Counted from the stretch's first letter, positions 21,298-29,514 are shown. The stretch is 64,000 nucleotides of DNA from an uncultured virus (IMG/VR IMGVR_UViG_2786546795_000004) (IMGVR_UViG_2786546795_000004); one strand, 5' to 3'. Notes: generated by a model from the letters alone, not told the origin. Numbers and translations: made by a program.

Positions 21298-21378
21298 AAC
21301 TTCCGTATCGTCGTTTGTTTATGAACCCTTCTATAACTACATAACATTATGTAGTGAGTATTATTAGCATGAAAGAAA

Positions 21379-21402
21379 GGGAGGGGCCGAAGCCCCTACC
21401 CC
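21379..21402 (-). terminator. cUUCGg hairpin plus U-rich tract
   Basis: GGGGTAGGGGCTTCGGCCCCTCCC then TTTCTTTC on the minus strand, after the 21404 stop. Confidence 0.75.
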
Positions 21403-21403
21403 C

Positions 21404-21697
21404 TCAGTAGAAGTCCGGCTCGTAGCATCTCTCGGCGGCTATCTCTCGCTGTGAGTCATACCATCGCTCGGCGGCTCGCTCGGCTCTCTCCTCTCCCATA
21501 TCGCAGTCATAACCCGCATAGGGTTCTTCTTCTGCTTTCTGTTGTGCGCGTAGGAAGGCGGCTGCTTTAGCCATCTTCTGTATCTCGCTGCGCGCGAGGG
21601 CTTTCTGTTCGTCTGTTCCATTCTCAAGCCATTCGCAGAACATAGGTGCTATGTCCTCCCATGATGGCTCTATATCAATGTAGGTTGTTTCCTCCAT
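21404..21697 (-). CDS. Hypothetical protein (paralogue of 23243..23431)
   Basis: Start MEETTYIDIEPSW at 21697, 29 nt after GGGTTCATATA. The longer start in the ORF track only translates the repeat. Confidence 0.8.
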   Translation of the reverse strand: MEETTYIDIEPSWEDIAPMFCEWLENGTDEQKALARSEIQKMAKAAAFLRAQQKAEEEPYAGYDCDMGEERAERAAERWYDSQREIAAERCYEPDFY

Positions 21698-21859
21698 GAG
21701 CCTACGAGGTAGGGGGGGTATATGAACCCTACTATAACTACATAACATTATGTAGAACCAACCGCGTCGTCAACACATATGCAACTACATAACATCATAA
21801 CTACATAACATTTTTAGCGAAAAAGAAAGAGGGAACTACATAACGTAGCCCCGTGAAAC

Positions 21860-21976
21860 TTACTCCTCCTCGTTTTTCTTTGCTTCGGCTTCCGCGTCTA
21901 TTCTCGCCCAGTATGCTTTCCACATGGGACTTTCAAACCCATTATTATCAAACATTCTGCGTCCGTTCTTAGTCAT
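21860..21976 (-). CDS. Microprotein (38 aa or slightly longer)
   Basis: MTKNGRRMFDNNGFESPMWKAYWARIDAEAEAKKNEEE; a GGAGGTGG SD lies before an in-frame ATA 7 codons upstream. Confidence 0.55.
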   Translation of the reverse strand: MTKNGRRMFDNNGFESPMWKAYWARIDAEAEAKKNEEE

Positions 21977-22016
21977 ATATTGTTTCTTCCTTCCTATCTT
22001 ACCACCTCCTTATTTT

Positions 22017-22427
22017 TCATCCGTAGTAGACTGTAGGGAAGCCGTAAGTATCACAGCCCTTGAGCCACTTCTCTAGTTCCTCTGTGAACTCTACATCGCA
22101 TATCTTCTCTACGTCGTGCGTGAAGAACTTGGTTGTATAGTGTGCATTACCTACGGGTTCTCTTGGTGTGTTGTCTGTGCCTTCTCGTACCCAGTCCATG
22201 CGACCATCTTGACTTATGAAATGGAATGATGGTGGGATGCTAATGGCTCTATCTTCGTCGGCGTGGAAGGTGTATGCGTACTCCTCGTACCCGTCTCTGA
22301 TGTTGGTAGGTGCGGGAGGCATGAACGGCTCACCCCACTGTGGGTCCCTACCCATCATCTGAGCCATGTATAGGCCATATTTTTTCATCGTCATTGTTCT
22401 TATATTCTCTCCTAGCAGTTCTTGCAT
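22017..22427 (-). CDS. Hypothetical early-region protein
   Basis: 136 aa; ATG 29 nt after GGGTTCATATA. Confidence 0.75.
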   Translation of the reverse strand: MQELLGENIRTMTMKKYGLYMAQMMGRDPQWGEPFMPPAPTNIRDGYEEYAYTFHADEDRAISIPPSFHFISQDGRMDWVREGTDNTPREPVGNAHYTTKFFTHDVEKICDVEFTEELEKWLKGCDTYGFPTVYYG

Positions 22428-22667
22428 GGACTGCCGTATAGCCGCTAGTATATGAACCCTACGGTATCAATGTTATGTAGTTTTCCCTACGGCATCAATG
22501 TTATGTAGTTTTGTGGTTGTGGTTAGGGGGGGCGTTGTAACTACATAACATTATGTAGTAAGGGTGAGAGGCTAAAAACTAAAAACTACATAACAAAAGT
22601 GAGTTCAAAACTACATAACACCGAAGGGCTTACGCGGGAAACCCGCCGCCTTCGGAGGTTATAAGTC

Positions 22668-22928
22668 TTACTCGGTCAAATACTCGCCGGACTTTACTTT
22701 TACCCTTACATCATTTATGCTGTCCTCGTTCAAGAACTGCAAGAGATAACGGTTAGTCGTCGCGCTGTAGAAGTCCCAATAGGGACTAAACAGGGTTACG
22801 GTTCCGTCATTGGCTTTCGTTGCTATTTTGCTTCTATACGATTGAAAGGTTCTGCCCTCATCAGTCCATATTATGAACTGATTGGCTGCATATCCTCCGC
22901 TCGCGGTTCTCATGTTTTCTACGCTCAT
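22668..22928 (-). CDS. Phage-type hypothetical protein
   Basis: Start MSVENM at 22928; NQFII....FQSY.S.IA....W..S.TT.RY..FL pattern resembling small phage early proteins; hairpin at 22621-22655 downstream. Confidence 0.8.
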   Translation of the reverse strand: MSVENMRTASGGYAANQFIIWTDEGRTFQSYRSKIATKANDGTVTLFSPYWDFYSATTNRYLLQFLNEDSINDVRVKVKSGEYLTE

Positions 22929-23078
22929 GTAACCCAACCGAAACACCCCGCCTTTATGAACCTGCCGATAACTACATAACATTACTGTCTATAACTACAT
23001 AACATTATGTAGTAATAATAATACAAAAAATAAAGGCAAAATTAAAATCCAAAACGAGAATGCAAAAACTACATAACC

Positions 23079-23246
23079 TTAGTAAATTGTGGGGTAGTAT
23101 TTTGAAAACACTTCATAGATAGCATCGTTTTCCGCTTCTTGTTCGGGGTCATTCAGACCGTAGTCCTCTCTATTTTCTTTAAGAAGCCTCGCCTTAACTT
23201 TTAAGATTTCATCTATGTGCTTGTTGTATCTGTCTATCTCCTTCAT
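23079..23246 (-). CDS. Microprotein (55 aa)
   Basis: MKEIDRYNKHIDEILKVKARLLKENREDYGL...YYPTIY; ATGA overlap with the upstream gene. Confidence 0.65.
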   Translation of the reverse strand: MKEIDRYNKHIDEILKVKARLLKENREDYGLNDPEQEAENDAIYEVFSKYYPTIY

Positions 23247-23431
23247 GTGTTTGCCTCGTTAAACTTTTCCATATCCCACTTGCCCGCATCACCATTGTAT
23301 GCGTCAAGGGCGCGAGCCATACGCATGATTTCTGTGATAGCCATATCTCTCGCTCGCTCACAATAGTTATCTAACAGCATATCTATGTATGCTGGGGTCA
23401 TATCAGTCCATGTTGGTGTTACATCCGTCAT
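23243..23431 (-). CDS. Hypothetical protein (paralogue of 21404..21697)
   Basis: Start MTDVTPTW at 23431, 28 nt after CCCTTAAGTA. Confidence 0.75.
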   Translation of the reverse strand: MTDVTPTWTDMTPAYIDMLLDNYCERARDMAITEIMRMARALDAYNGDAGKWDMEKFNEANT

Positions 23432-23836
23432 AACCCTCCGTATGACCCTCACTACTTAAGGGTATTGATAACTACATAACATTATGTAGTTGTGGGCTGC
23501 GCGGTTTTTTTTACAAAAACTACATAACATTTTTGGTTTCAAAAACTACATAACATTTCGGTGCAAAAACAACACTGAGTGTTGTGAATTACACTTAGTG
23601 GTAAAAAGGCAGCAGGTGTGTGTGCTGCACTTAGTATCTGAGGCAAAACCGAAAACTACATAATATATCCAAAATCCAAAGGTTTAAGTAGTTAGTATTT
23701 CTCGCCCTATGGTTTTTGTGTTGTCGCGCACTAGAAAAGAACTACATAACTCGATATCGAAACTACATAACGATAACTACATAACTAATAGTAGTTATAG
23801 CATAGTATAAATACTAGAACTTTCTCGGCTTGAATA

Positions 23837-24517
23837 ATGAGTACCGAGCCGACACCGGAATTGCTTGAGAGAATAGCACAAAAGAAAGCCGATATGGAGA
23901 CAGCCCGTAGGGGTATGAAGGAGGGTATCAAATACTCCTCAAGGTCGCTCGGTGGGCACACTACACAGTATCGCAAACTATGCCGCCTCGCAGGTATCAT
24001 CGTGAGGACAGGCAAGGCCGACTTGACTGAGGCGAGAAAAGCCATCTCCTACACCATAGGCAAGCCCTGCCGTTACAAGGCGTGCAAGGGACGCAACCAC
24101 AAAGCACACGGAGAGAAGTGCCCTGTGGCCTCAGCAAGAGGTAAGACAGGAGGTAAGAATGGCGAGGGTGAGAGCAAGCAACGCTTGGGAAGCACGAATG
24201 GAAACTTCAAAGCCGTTAGACCATGTGGCTGTCCTATGAGAGCGCATAAGCCTACCTGCGAACACGCTAGGTTGACGGCTCGTAAGGACTTCGGGCTGTC
24301 CCTCAGAAAAAATGTCCGCGAGAAAATCAATGTCCGAAAAATTGAGTGGGCAAGTCAAGCCCTCACAGTAGCAGCGGTTACGCAATACCTAAGAGGCGTG
24401 GATGGTATATGTCCATCCTGTAATAAAACACTCCCAGCCGTCACGGCTTCCAAAGTCCACAAGGACGACATAATGAGTAATCCTGTAAGGGTTATTTGTA
24501 AAGGATGCGACCAATGA
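23837..24517 (+). CDS. Basic multi-Cys/His (Zn-binding) protein, probable nucleic-acid binder
   Basis: CRYKAC...H....KC, CGCP..H..TC, CPSC...CKGC; very Arg/Lys-rich; first gene diverging from the repeat array; TATAAATA 31 nt upstream. Confidence 0.75.
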   Translation: MSTEPTPELLERIAQKKADMETARRGMKEGIKYSSRSLGGHTTQYRKLCRLAGIIVRTGKADLTEARKAISYTIGKPCRYKACKGRNHKAHGEKCPVASARGKTGGKNGEGESKQRLGSTNGNFKAVRPCGCPMRAHKPTCEHARLTARKDFGLSLRKNVREKINVRKIEWASQALTVAAVTQYLRGVDGICPSCNKTLPAVTASKVHKDDIMSNPVRVICKGCDQ

Positions 24518-24570
24518 CGCTTGCGAGGCATGAACAGAAAGACTAAAAGCAAAACAGGAGAGGAAGAAAT

Positions 24571-25029
24571 ATGACGAGAATTAGTTACGGAGGACACGGA
24601 GAAGTGTGTCTAAGAAGTGGAGGAACAATGATGATGACTGTAAAGCCTAGACCATTCGTGGGTGGGGCGGAGGACATAGCGATGCTATTAGCAAAGGCTA
24701 TGGACATAAGAATATCCCCTAGATGGGATGAGGAATACTCCTACTCACAAGTTATGGGTAAGATATTCGCATATGAAAGAGACTACAAAAAACTAACACA
24801 GAAAAATGCCCTAGCATTAATCACCGACTCGTACTATCTAGGTAGTTACGAAAACTGGCGTGACCTACATGAGAGATATGACGAGGACATTGAGGGCCAC
24901 AAGGCTATGCTCGATACAGTCCACAGGATATGGCCTCGCTTCGTTCAGCCGACAGAGCATGAGCAGCGAGTAATTAATCAAAAACTTGCACAGGTACTTC
25001 TTGACGAGCAGACACAGGGGGAGGAGTGA
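24571..25029 (+). CDS. Hypothetical protein
   Basis: ORF starts 54 nt after a class II box; GTGA overlap with the next gene. Confidence 0.7.
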   Translation: MTRISYGGHGEVCLRSGGTMMMTVKPRPFVGGAEDIAMLLAKAMDIRISPRWDEEYSYSQVMGKIFAYERDYKKLTQKNALALITDSYYLGSYENWRDLHERYDEDIEGHKAMLDTVHRIWPRFVQPTEHEQRVINQKLAQVLLDEQTQGEE

Positions 25030-25262
25030 AAATGACCTTTGAGTGGGGAATACGAGCAGATGGAACGAGATGTAGGTGTATGGAATGCGATGTTTACCTC
25101 CGCGATGTAACAGATGAGTATTGGAGTGAGGGAGGTCAAGATGGGCCTTACTGTGAGCCATGCTATGACGAGTTAGTGCATAACGATGTAATTAGGTCGC
25201 CGGATAAATGGTGTAATTTTAATAATTCTAACAATGCAACAAGAGGAGGCGAAGAAGAATGA
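25026..25262 (+). CDS. Zn-finger protein
   Basis: CMEC...CEPC; translationally coupled on both sides. Confidence 0.7.
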   Translation: MKMTFEWGIRADGTRCRCMECDVYLRDVTDEYWSEGGQDGPYCEPCYDELVHNDVIRSPDKWCNFNNSNNATRGGEEE

Positions 25263-25567
25263 GGACAGGAACATACCTTCGCATAAAGTATTTTGAAGAA
25301 ATAGAAACCCTATGGTCGTTTAGCCGTACAGAGGGTGTAAACAAGTTTACCCTAAATCTAATGGGTAGGTGTGCCTACAACGCCCTGTATATGCACGCAA
25401 GAGAACAGGGCTACACAGAAAAAGAGGCTATAGAAATATGCGCCTCAAAGTGGCCTCGACACAACGAAGAACAACTTACCGAAATCTTCTTCATCGGGTT
25501 CAAAGACTTCCTATCGCCCGATGATAATATCAGTCTGAAAGACTACGCGGGGGTTGAGCAAGCGTGA
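25259..25567 (+). CDS. Hypothetical protein
   Basis: 102 aa, GGAGG SD, ATGA overlap. Confidence 0.7.
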   Translation: MRTGTYLRIKYFEEIETLWSFSRTEGVNKFTLNLMGRCAYNALYMHAREQGYTEKEAIEICASKWPRHNEEQLTEIFFIGFKDFLSPDDNISLKDYAGVEQA

Positions 25568-25683
25568 GTTCTTTCATCCTAAAAGTAAATGAGGACATAC
25601 CAACTACACCCAAAGTAAAATATATGCGACGCTTGCGACACATGATAGAAAACTATAAGAGTAAAACACAATGAGGAGATAAT

Positions 25684-25968
25684 ATGAACAGAGACGACAT
25701 GAAACCAGTAGGCCCATATGTTTATCAAAATAAGCATAACGGTCGAGAGATAACAATAATTGAACAGCACATAGGCGATACAGGCGTGGTTCTGTATAAG
25801 GCGCAAGACACATCAGACGAAAGCACCACATGGTTAGCGCACTATGACTTCGATGACCATTGGGTCATAAACCCACACTTCAAACTCGCATCCGAAATAC
25901 AAGAAAGAATAGACGACGCTTGCGAGGCACATTCCCAAACTATAAATACGAGTGACGGGGAGGAATAA
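25684..25968 (+). CDS. Hypothetical protein
   Basis: 94 aa; ATG 55 nt after a class II box. Confidence 0.7.
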   Translation: MNRDDMKPVGPYVYQNKHNGREITIIEQHIGDTGVVLYKAQDTSDESTTWLAHYDFDDHWVINPHFKLASEIQERIDDACEAHSQTINTSDGEE

Positions 25969-25970
25969 AT

Positions 25971-26954
25971 ATGAGTAACGTAATACCATCATACGCCCTA
26001 CTAGGGCAAGAAGCAGAAGGAACGACCGCCGAAGAAGTCCTTGCTAACGCAGGGCTTGACTTTGAGGTAAGAAAAGCCCCATCGGGCTATCGAAGCCACA
26101 AAGGCGACTTCATCCCCCATAAGGGTCATAGCATCACCTACCGCACCGATACAGGCGCACCACTAGGTAATGTAGGAAGCACCTACCAAGTATACCAAAA
26201 CCACGACGCACTAAAGGTCTTTGACCGCCTAGTGGGTGAAGGAAAGGTAGAGTATGACCGCATCGGAATGATAGACGGTGGCCGCAAGATGTTCGCCAGC
26301 ATGAGAATGCCCGAAGGCTTCTCTATCGCTGGATGGGATGATATAGACCAATACCTCTACATGATAACCAGCCACGACGGTTCAACAGGCGTGCGCTACA
26401 TACCAGCCAATGTCCGTATCGGATGCACCAATCAGTTCGCCTACCTTGAGTCAATGCTCAAGGAAGCGGGCCTTAACCCTCGCGTGCTTTCAAGCCGACA
26501 CTCAACTAAGATAGAGAGTAGAATAGACGAGGCGGTACAGGCTCTAAATGTCGTGGATATGCTCAACGAGCGGTTCTGTGAGAGAGCGGCTGAACTCATG
26601 GAGGTACAGTTGGATATCGGTCAGAGAACCGAGTTTTACATAGACGCTATGGGCCTCAAGACTGACGAAAAGTTGGTGGATAAGGCAAACAACCCAACTG
26701 GACTAACCACAAGAGGTAACAACACCTTAGACCGCCTCTTTGAACTAGAGGAAGCGGACACTAACACGGCTAACGGAATGGCTGGCTCTGCATGGGCCTC
26801 CTTCAATGTAGTCACCGAATACCTCGACCACGCATGGGTCTATGACCGCAAGGGCGAGAAGGTTAATGAGAAGCGCGTTGAGAGCGCACTACTCGGCACA
26901 GGCATGAGGACAAAGGACAGAGCATGGCGAGCAGCAGCAAGGTTGGTGGCTTGA
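25971..26954 (+). CDS. DUF932 family (phage/plasmid-like) protein
   Basis: AGLDFEV, RTDTG.PLG.VG..Y...QN, GGRK.F, SHDGS, R..C.N, H, G.AW..FN.VTEY.DH and K.RAW motifs. Confidence 0.85.
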   Translation: MSNVIPSYALLGQEAEGTTAEEVLANAGLDFEVRKAPSGYRSHKGDFIPHKGHSITYRTDTGAPLGNVGSTYQVYQNHDALKVFDRLVGEGKVEYDRIGMIDGGRKMFASMRMPEGFSIAGWDDIDQYLYMITSHDGSTGVRYIPANVRIGCTNQFAYLESMLKEAGLNPRVLSSRHSTKIESRIDEAVQALNVVDMLNERFCERAAELMEVQLDIGQRTEFYIDAMGLKTDEKLVDKANNPTGLTTRGNNTLDRLFELEEADTNTANGMAGSAWASFNVVTEYLDHAWVYDRKGEKVNEKRVESALLGTGMRTKDRAWRAAARLVA

Positions 26955-27600
26955 ATGGTCGGGGTTAGAATGGACTTGTTAATCCCGTCTATGGAGTTAT
27001 CGCTTCGCCAACTTTACCACCGTCACCACGAAGCCAGCAGGATGACTCTTAATGAGTGGCTGGATGTTTGCGCGGAAGCATGGGGCCGACACAGACCCTA
27101 AGACAGACTTACAACAAGGGGAGAGGGAGGTTAAATGAGGCTCGACAGGAAGGCCCGTCGTATATGCGGCCAACGGTTCATCGTGCTTCCTCCCTCCCCC
27201 ACCAATTAGATTCACAGTAAAAGTAAAACATAAGGGGGTCGTGTAGAGATAAAGAAAGATGTTGGCGAGGCTAGATAAACAGGTGCTAGTCCAAAACCAT
27301 AACCGATATGCACAGATAGTAGTAGAGCATTTGGAGTAGAGCAATCGAAACATGACGCAGAACCATTCTGATAATACATAGAGCATTAAGAAGTTGGATA
27401 AGCCAATAAATAACAAAAAATTGTTGGGGGTAAAGGGTAAGCCCATTAAAGTAATCCCGTATATGTTTTACACATATAGATAAAAACGCAACTGTTCTGT
27501 TAATGACCTACACACCCCCACCTATATTCACAATAAAAGTAAAATTACGCTTGTATAGCACGAACGATAACTTTAATAGAAAAAGATAGGAGGGAGATTT

Positions 27601-28137
27601 ATGAACATATTTGTATTACAGGAAAGTCCGATAGCAAGCGCCGCAGACTACTGCAATAAACACCTGCCTAAAATGTGCGTGGAGTTATTGCAGATGTGTG
27701 GTTCGGCAGTCATTAGACACGGTGCTACACCCGACCAATTACCACTTACAAAAGCCGGAACGCCACTAAGAGGTGGCTACCACAACCACCCCGTAACCCG
27801 TTGGGTAGGCGATACACGCACTAACTTTCTATGGGCTGTTACACACGGCCTAGCGTTATGTTACGAGTATAGTAAAAAGTACGGCAAGACTCACTTTTGC
27901 GAGGCAGGTATTCGCCACTTAGATAAGATGGCCGACATGATACCCGAAGGCGACCTAACACCGTTTGCTCTCGCTATGCCCGATGAGTATAGGCCGACCG
28001 AGATGTTACTTGGTTTGAAGACTCCGGCGTATCATGCAAGCGGTGATGTAGCGGTGCAAGCATACCGCCGCTACTACCACAGTAAGGAGTTTGCGTCATG
28101 GGAAGGCAGACCTATACCTACATGGTGGTCGGCATGA
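27601..28137 (+). CDS. Pyrimidine-dimer DNA glycosylase / endonuclease V-like protein
   Basis: MNIFVL..P..A...CNKH..KM..E..QM, H.NHP.T.W, L.EY...YGK.H, F..AMPD.Y, AYRRYY...K...W..RP.P.WW. Confidence 0.75.
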   Translation: MNIFVLQESPIASAADYCNKHLPKMCVELLQMCGSAVIRHGATPDQLPLTKAGTPLRGGYHNHPVTRWVGDTRTNFLWAVTHGLALCYEYSKKYGKTHFCEAGIRHLDKMADMIPEGDLTPFALAMPDEYRPTEMLLGLKTPAYHASGDVAVQAYRRYYHSKEFASWEGRPIPTWWSA

Positions 28138-28386
28138 TACGAGATGCGATGAGTAAAATATATGATAATGAGTACGATGCAGTAATAGCAACCGTCAGAA
28201 TATATGCGATGGTTGGGCTGCTTATATTTGCGGTAATAATAAGTGTGTTAATATGAAAAAGAAAACCTACATTATTTGTAAAAACCCATCGCACGGTAGA
28301 ATACTAGGAGAGTCATATTGTAGAATATGCAACGCTTCCGAAGCACGAAAGAAAACTATAAAAGAGATGGGCGAGGAGGAGTAAAT

Positions 28387-28548
28387 ATGAAAAAGTTGAG
28401 AAGCAGATATAACAAAGGGAAAAAAGTTAGAGGAGTAAATAGAATTACCGGAGAAGTAGGTATGTGGAGAAAGACGCAGGTGGATAAAGTATTGAGCGCG
28501 ACCGCTTACCGAATGCTACGGAAAATATGCTACGAGGAAGAAGAATGA
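28387..28548 (+). CDS. Small basic protein
   Basis: Start MKKLRSRY at 28387, 55 nt after a class II box. Confidence 0.6.
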   Translation: MKKLRSRYNKGKKVRGVNRITGEVGMWRKTQVDKVLSATAYRMLRKICYEEEE

Positions 28549-28895
28549 CTTACGACGAGTGGGACTACGAGGCCGACAAGAGAAGTGAGTACGAGGCCGA
28601 CGCGGCATGGGAAGCACGACAGGAAGAAAGAATGCGCGACTGTAAGCACGAAGAATGGTTTATTACAGACGAGGGTATTATAGATGTAGAGTCATTTACG
28701 TCCACCCCTCATCGAGGCAGTAAAGTCTGGAAAAAGGTAACTCCTATGGCTGTTTTAGAAATAGAGTGTTGTTATTGCGGTAAAACTAACTATGGTAGAG
28801 TACCCTATAGTGAGATAATAAAACTACTAAGGAATGAGTTTGAACATACGGGTGGACTCGATATAGATGAAGATGGGTGGCCTCAGTATGAGTGA
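28545..28895 (+). CDS. Hypothetical Zn-binding protein
   Basis: CKH...CCYC; ATGA overlap. Confidence 0.7.
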   Translation: MTYDEWDYEADKRSEYEADAAWEARQEERMRDCKHEEWFITDEGIIDVESFTSTPHRGSKVWKKVTPMAVLEIECCYCGKTNYGRVPYSEIIKLLRNEFEHTGGLDIDEDGWPQYE

Positions 28896-29026
28896 TGCAC
28901 TAAAGGCAGATACCTGTCTATTATGTGGTGCTTACAACGATAGATACTGCGGTTGTTGGAGAGATAGACTTTACGCTTGCGTAGCAGTAACGGAAACTTC
29001 ATAAGCAACAACGACGAGGAGTAATT

Positions 29027-29254
29027 ATGAGAGCAGAGTCAATACCCCATGTGGAGTATGAACTACTACAGTATATCCTTGACGAAATAGATATGTCGGA
29101 CATACAACATCAGATGGTTCCGAACGGAGATACGGTCGCACAGAGCAGGTATGAGAAGGCATTGAAGTCTATCTCAAACATCATCAACAATGCTGCTGAT
29201 AGACGCAAACATAAACTACCCGAAAACCATGAGGACTTTGAGGTGAAGGAATGA
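29027..29254 (+). CDS. Hypothetical protein
   Basis: 75 aa; ATG 54 nt after a class II box. Confidence 0.7.
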   Translation: MRAESIPHVEYELLQYILDEIDMSDIQHQMVPNGDTVAQSRYEKALKSISNIINNAADRRKHKLPENHEDFEVKE

Positions 29255-29514
29255 GAGACTGGCGAGGCAAAAGCACAACGATGCGTTCCACAAGACCGAT
29301 ATACAAAGAAGAATATCCTAAGTTGATAAAGGCCATGATAGATGACGGTCTTATAGCAATAATAACTGCTGAGGGAATCAAATGGTATCACGGCGACTAT
29401 AGAGTTACGAAAAAAGTAATATGTGGTGTTTGGAATATCACCCCCTCACAAATGAAAAAACTCACAGACTACATTTATGGTCACGACCCGTTCTACAAAA
29501 CGGCGGAGAGGTAA
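29251..29514 (+). CDS. Hypothetical protein
   Basis: 87 aa; GAGGTGA SD, ATGA overlap. Confidence 0.7.
   Translation: MRDWRGKSTTMRSTRPIYKEEYPKLIKAMIDDGLIAIITAEGIKWYHGDYRVTKKVICGVWNITPSQMKKLTDYIYGHDPFYKTAER

Larger units (their letters stand above)
18474..23785. repeat. Dispersed array of about 57 ACTACATAA(C) boxes (about 46 direct, about 11 inverted)
   Basis: Clusters at 18474-18613 (7), 19586-19711 (7), 19984-20140 (8), 20651-20770, 21737-21844, 22473-22619, 22971-23077, 23471-23785. Frequent palindrome ACTACATAACATTATGTAG. Confidence 0.95.

Noticed and set aside
20924..21367. 147-aa plus-strand ORF across the candidate ncRNA
   Set aside because: It runs against all neighbouring genes, starts at GTG inside another gene, crosses two promoters and has no recognisable protein features.
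18474..23785. CRISPR or mini-CRISPR array
   Set aside because: The repeat is only 9-11 bp, intervals are irregular and A-rich or contain whole genes, both orientations occur, and there is no cas operon.
18474..23785. Classical integron
   Set aside because: No tyrosine recombinase in the window and no attC-type GTTRRRY hairpins; cassettes carry their own promoters.
26997..27446. 149-aa minus-strand hydrophobic ORF and similar antisense ORFs across 24-50 kb
   Set aside because: They oppose the tightly coupled plus-strand operons, and their composition reflects the purine-rich opposite strand.
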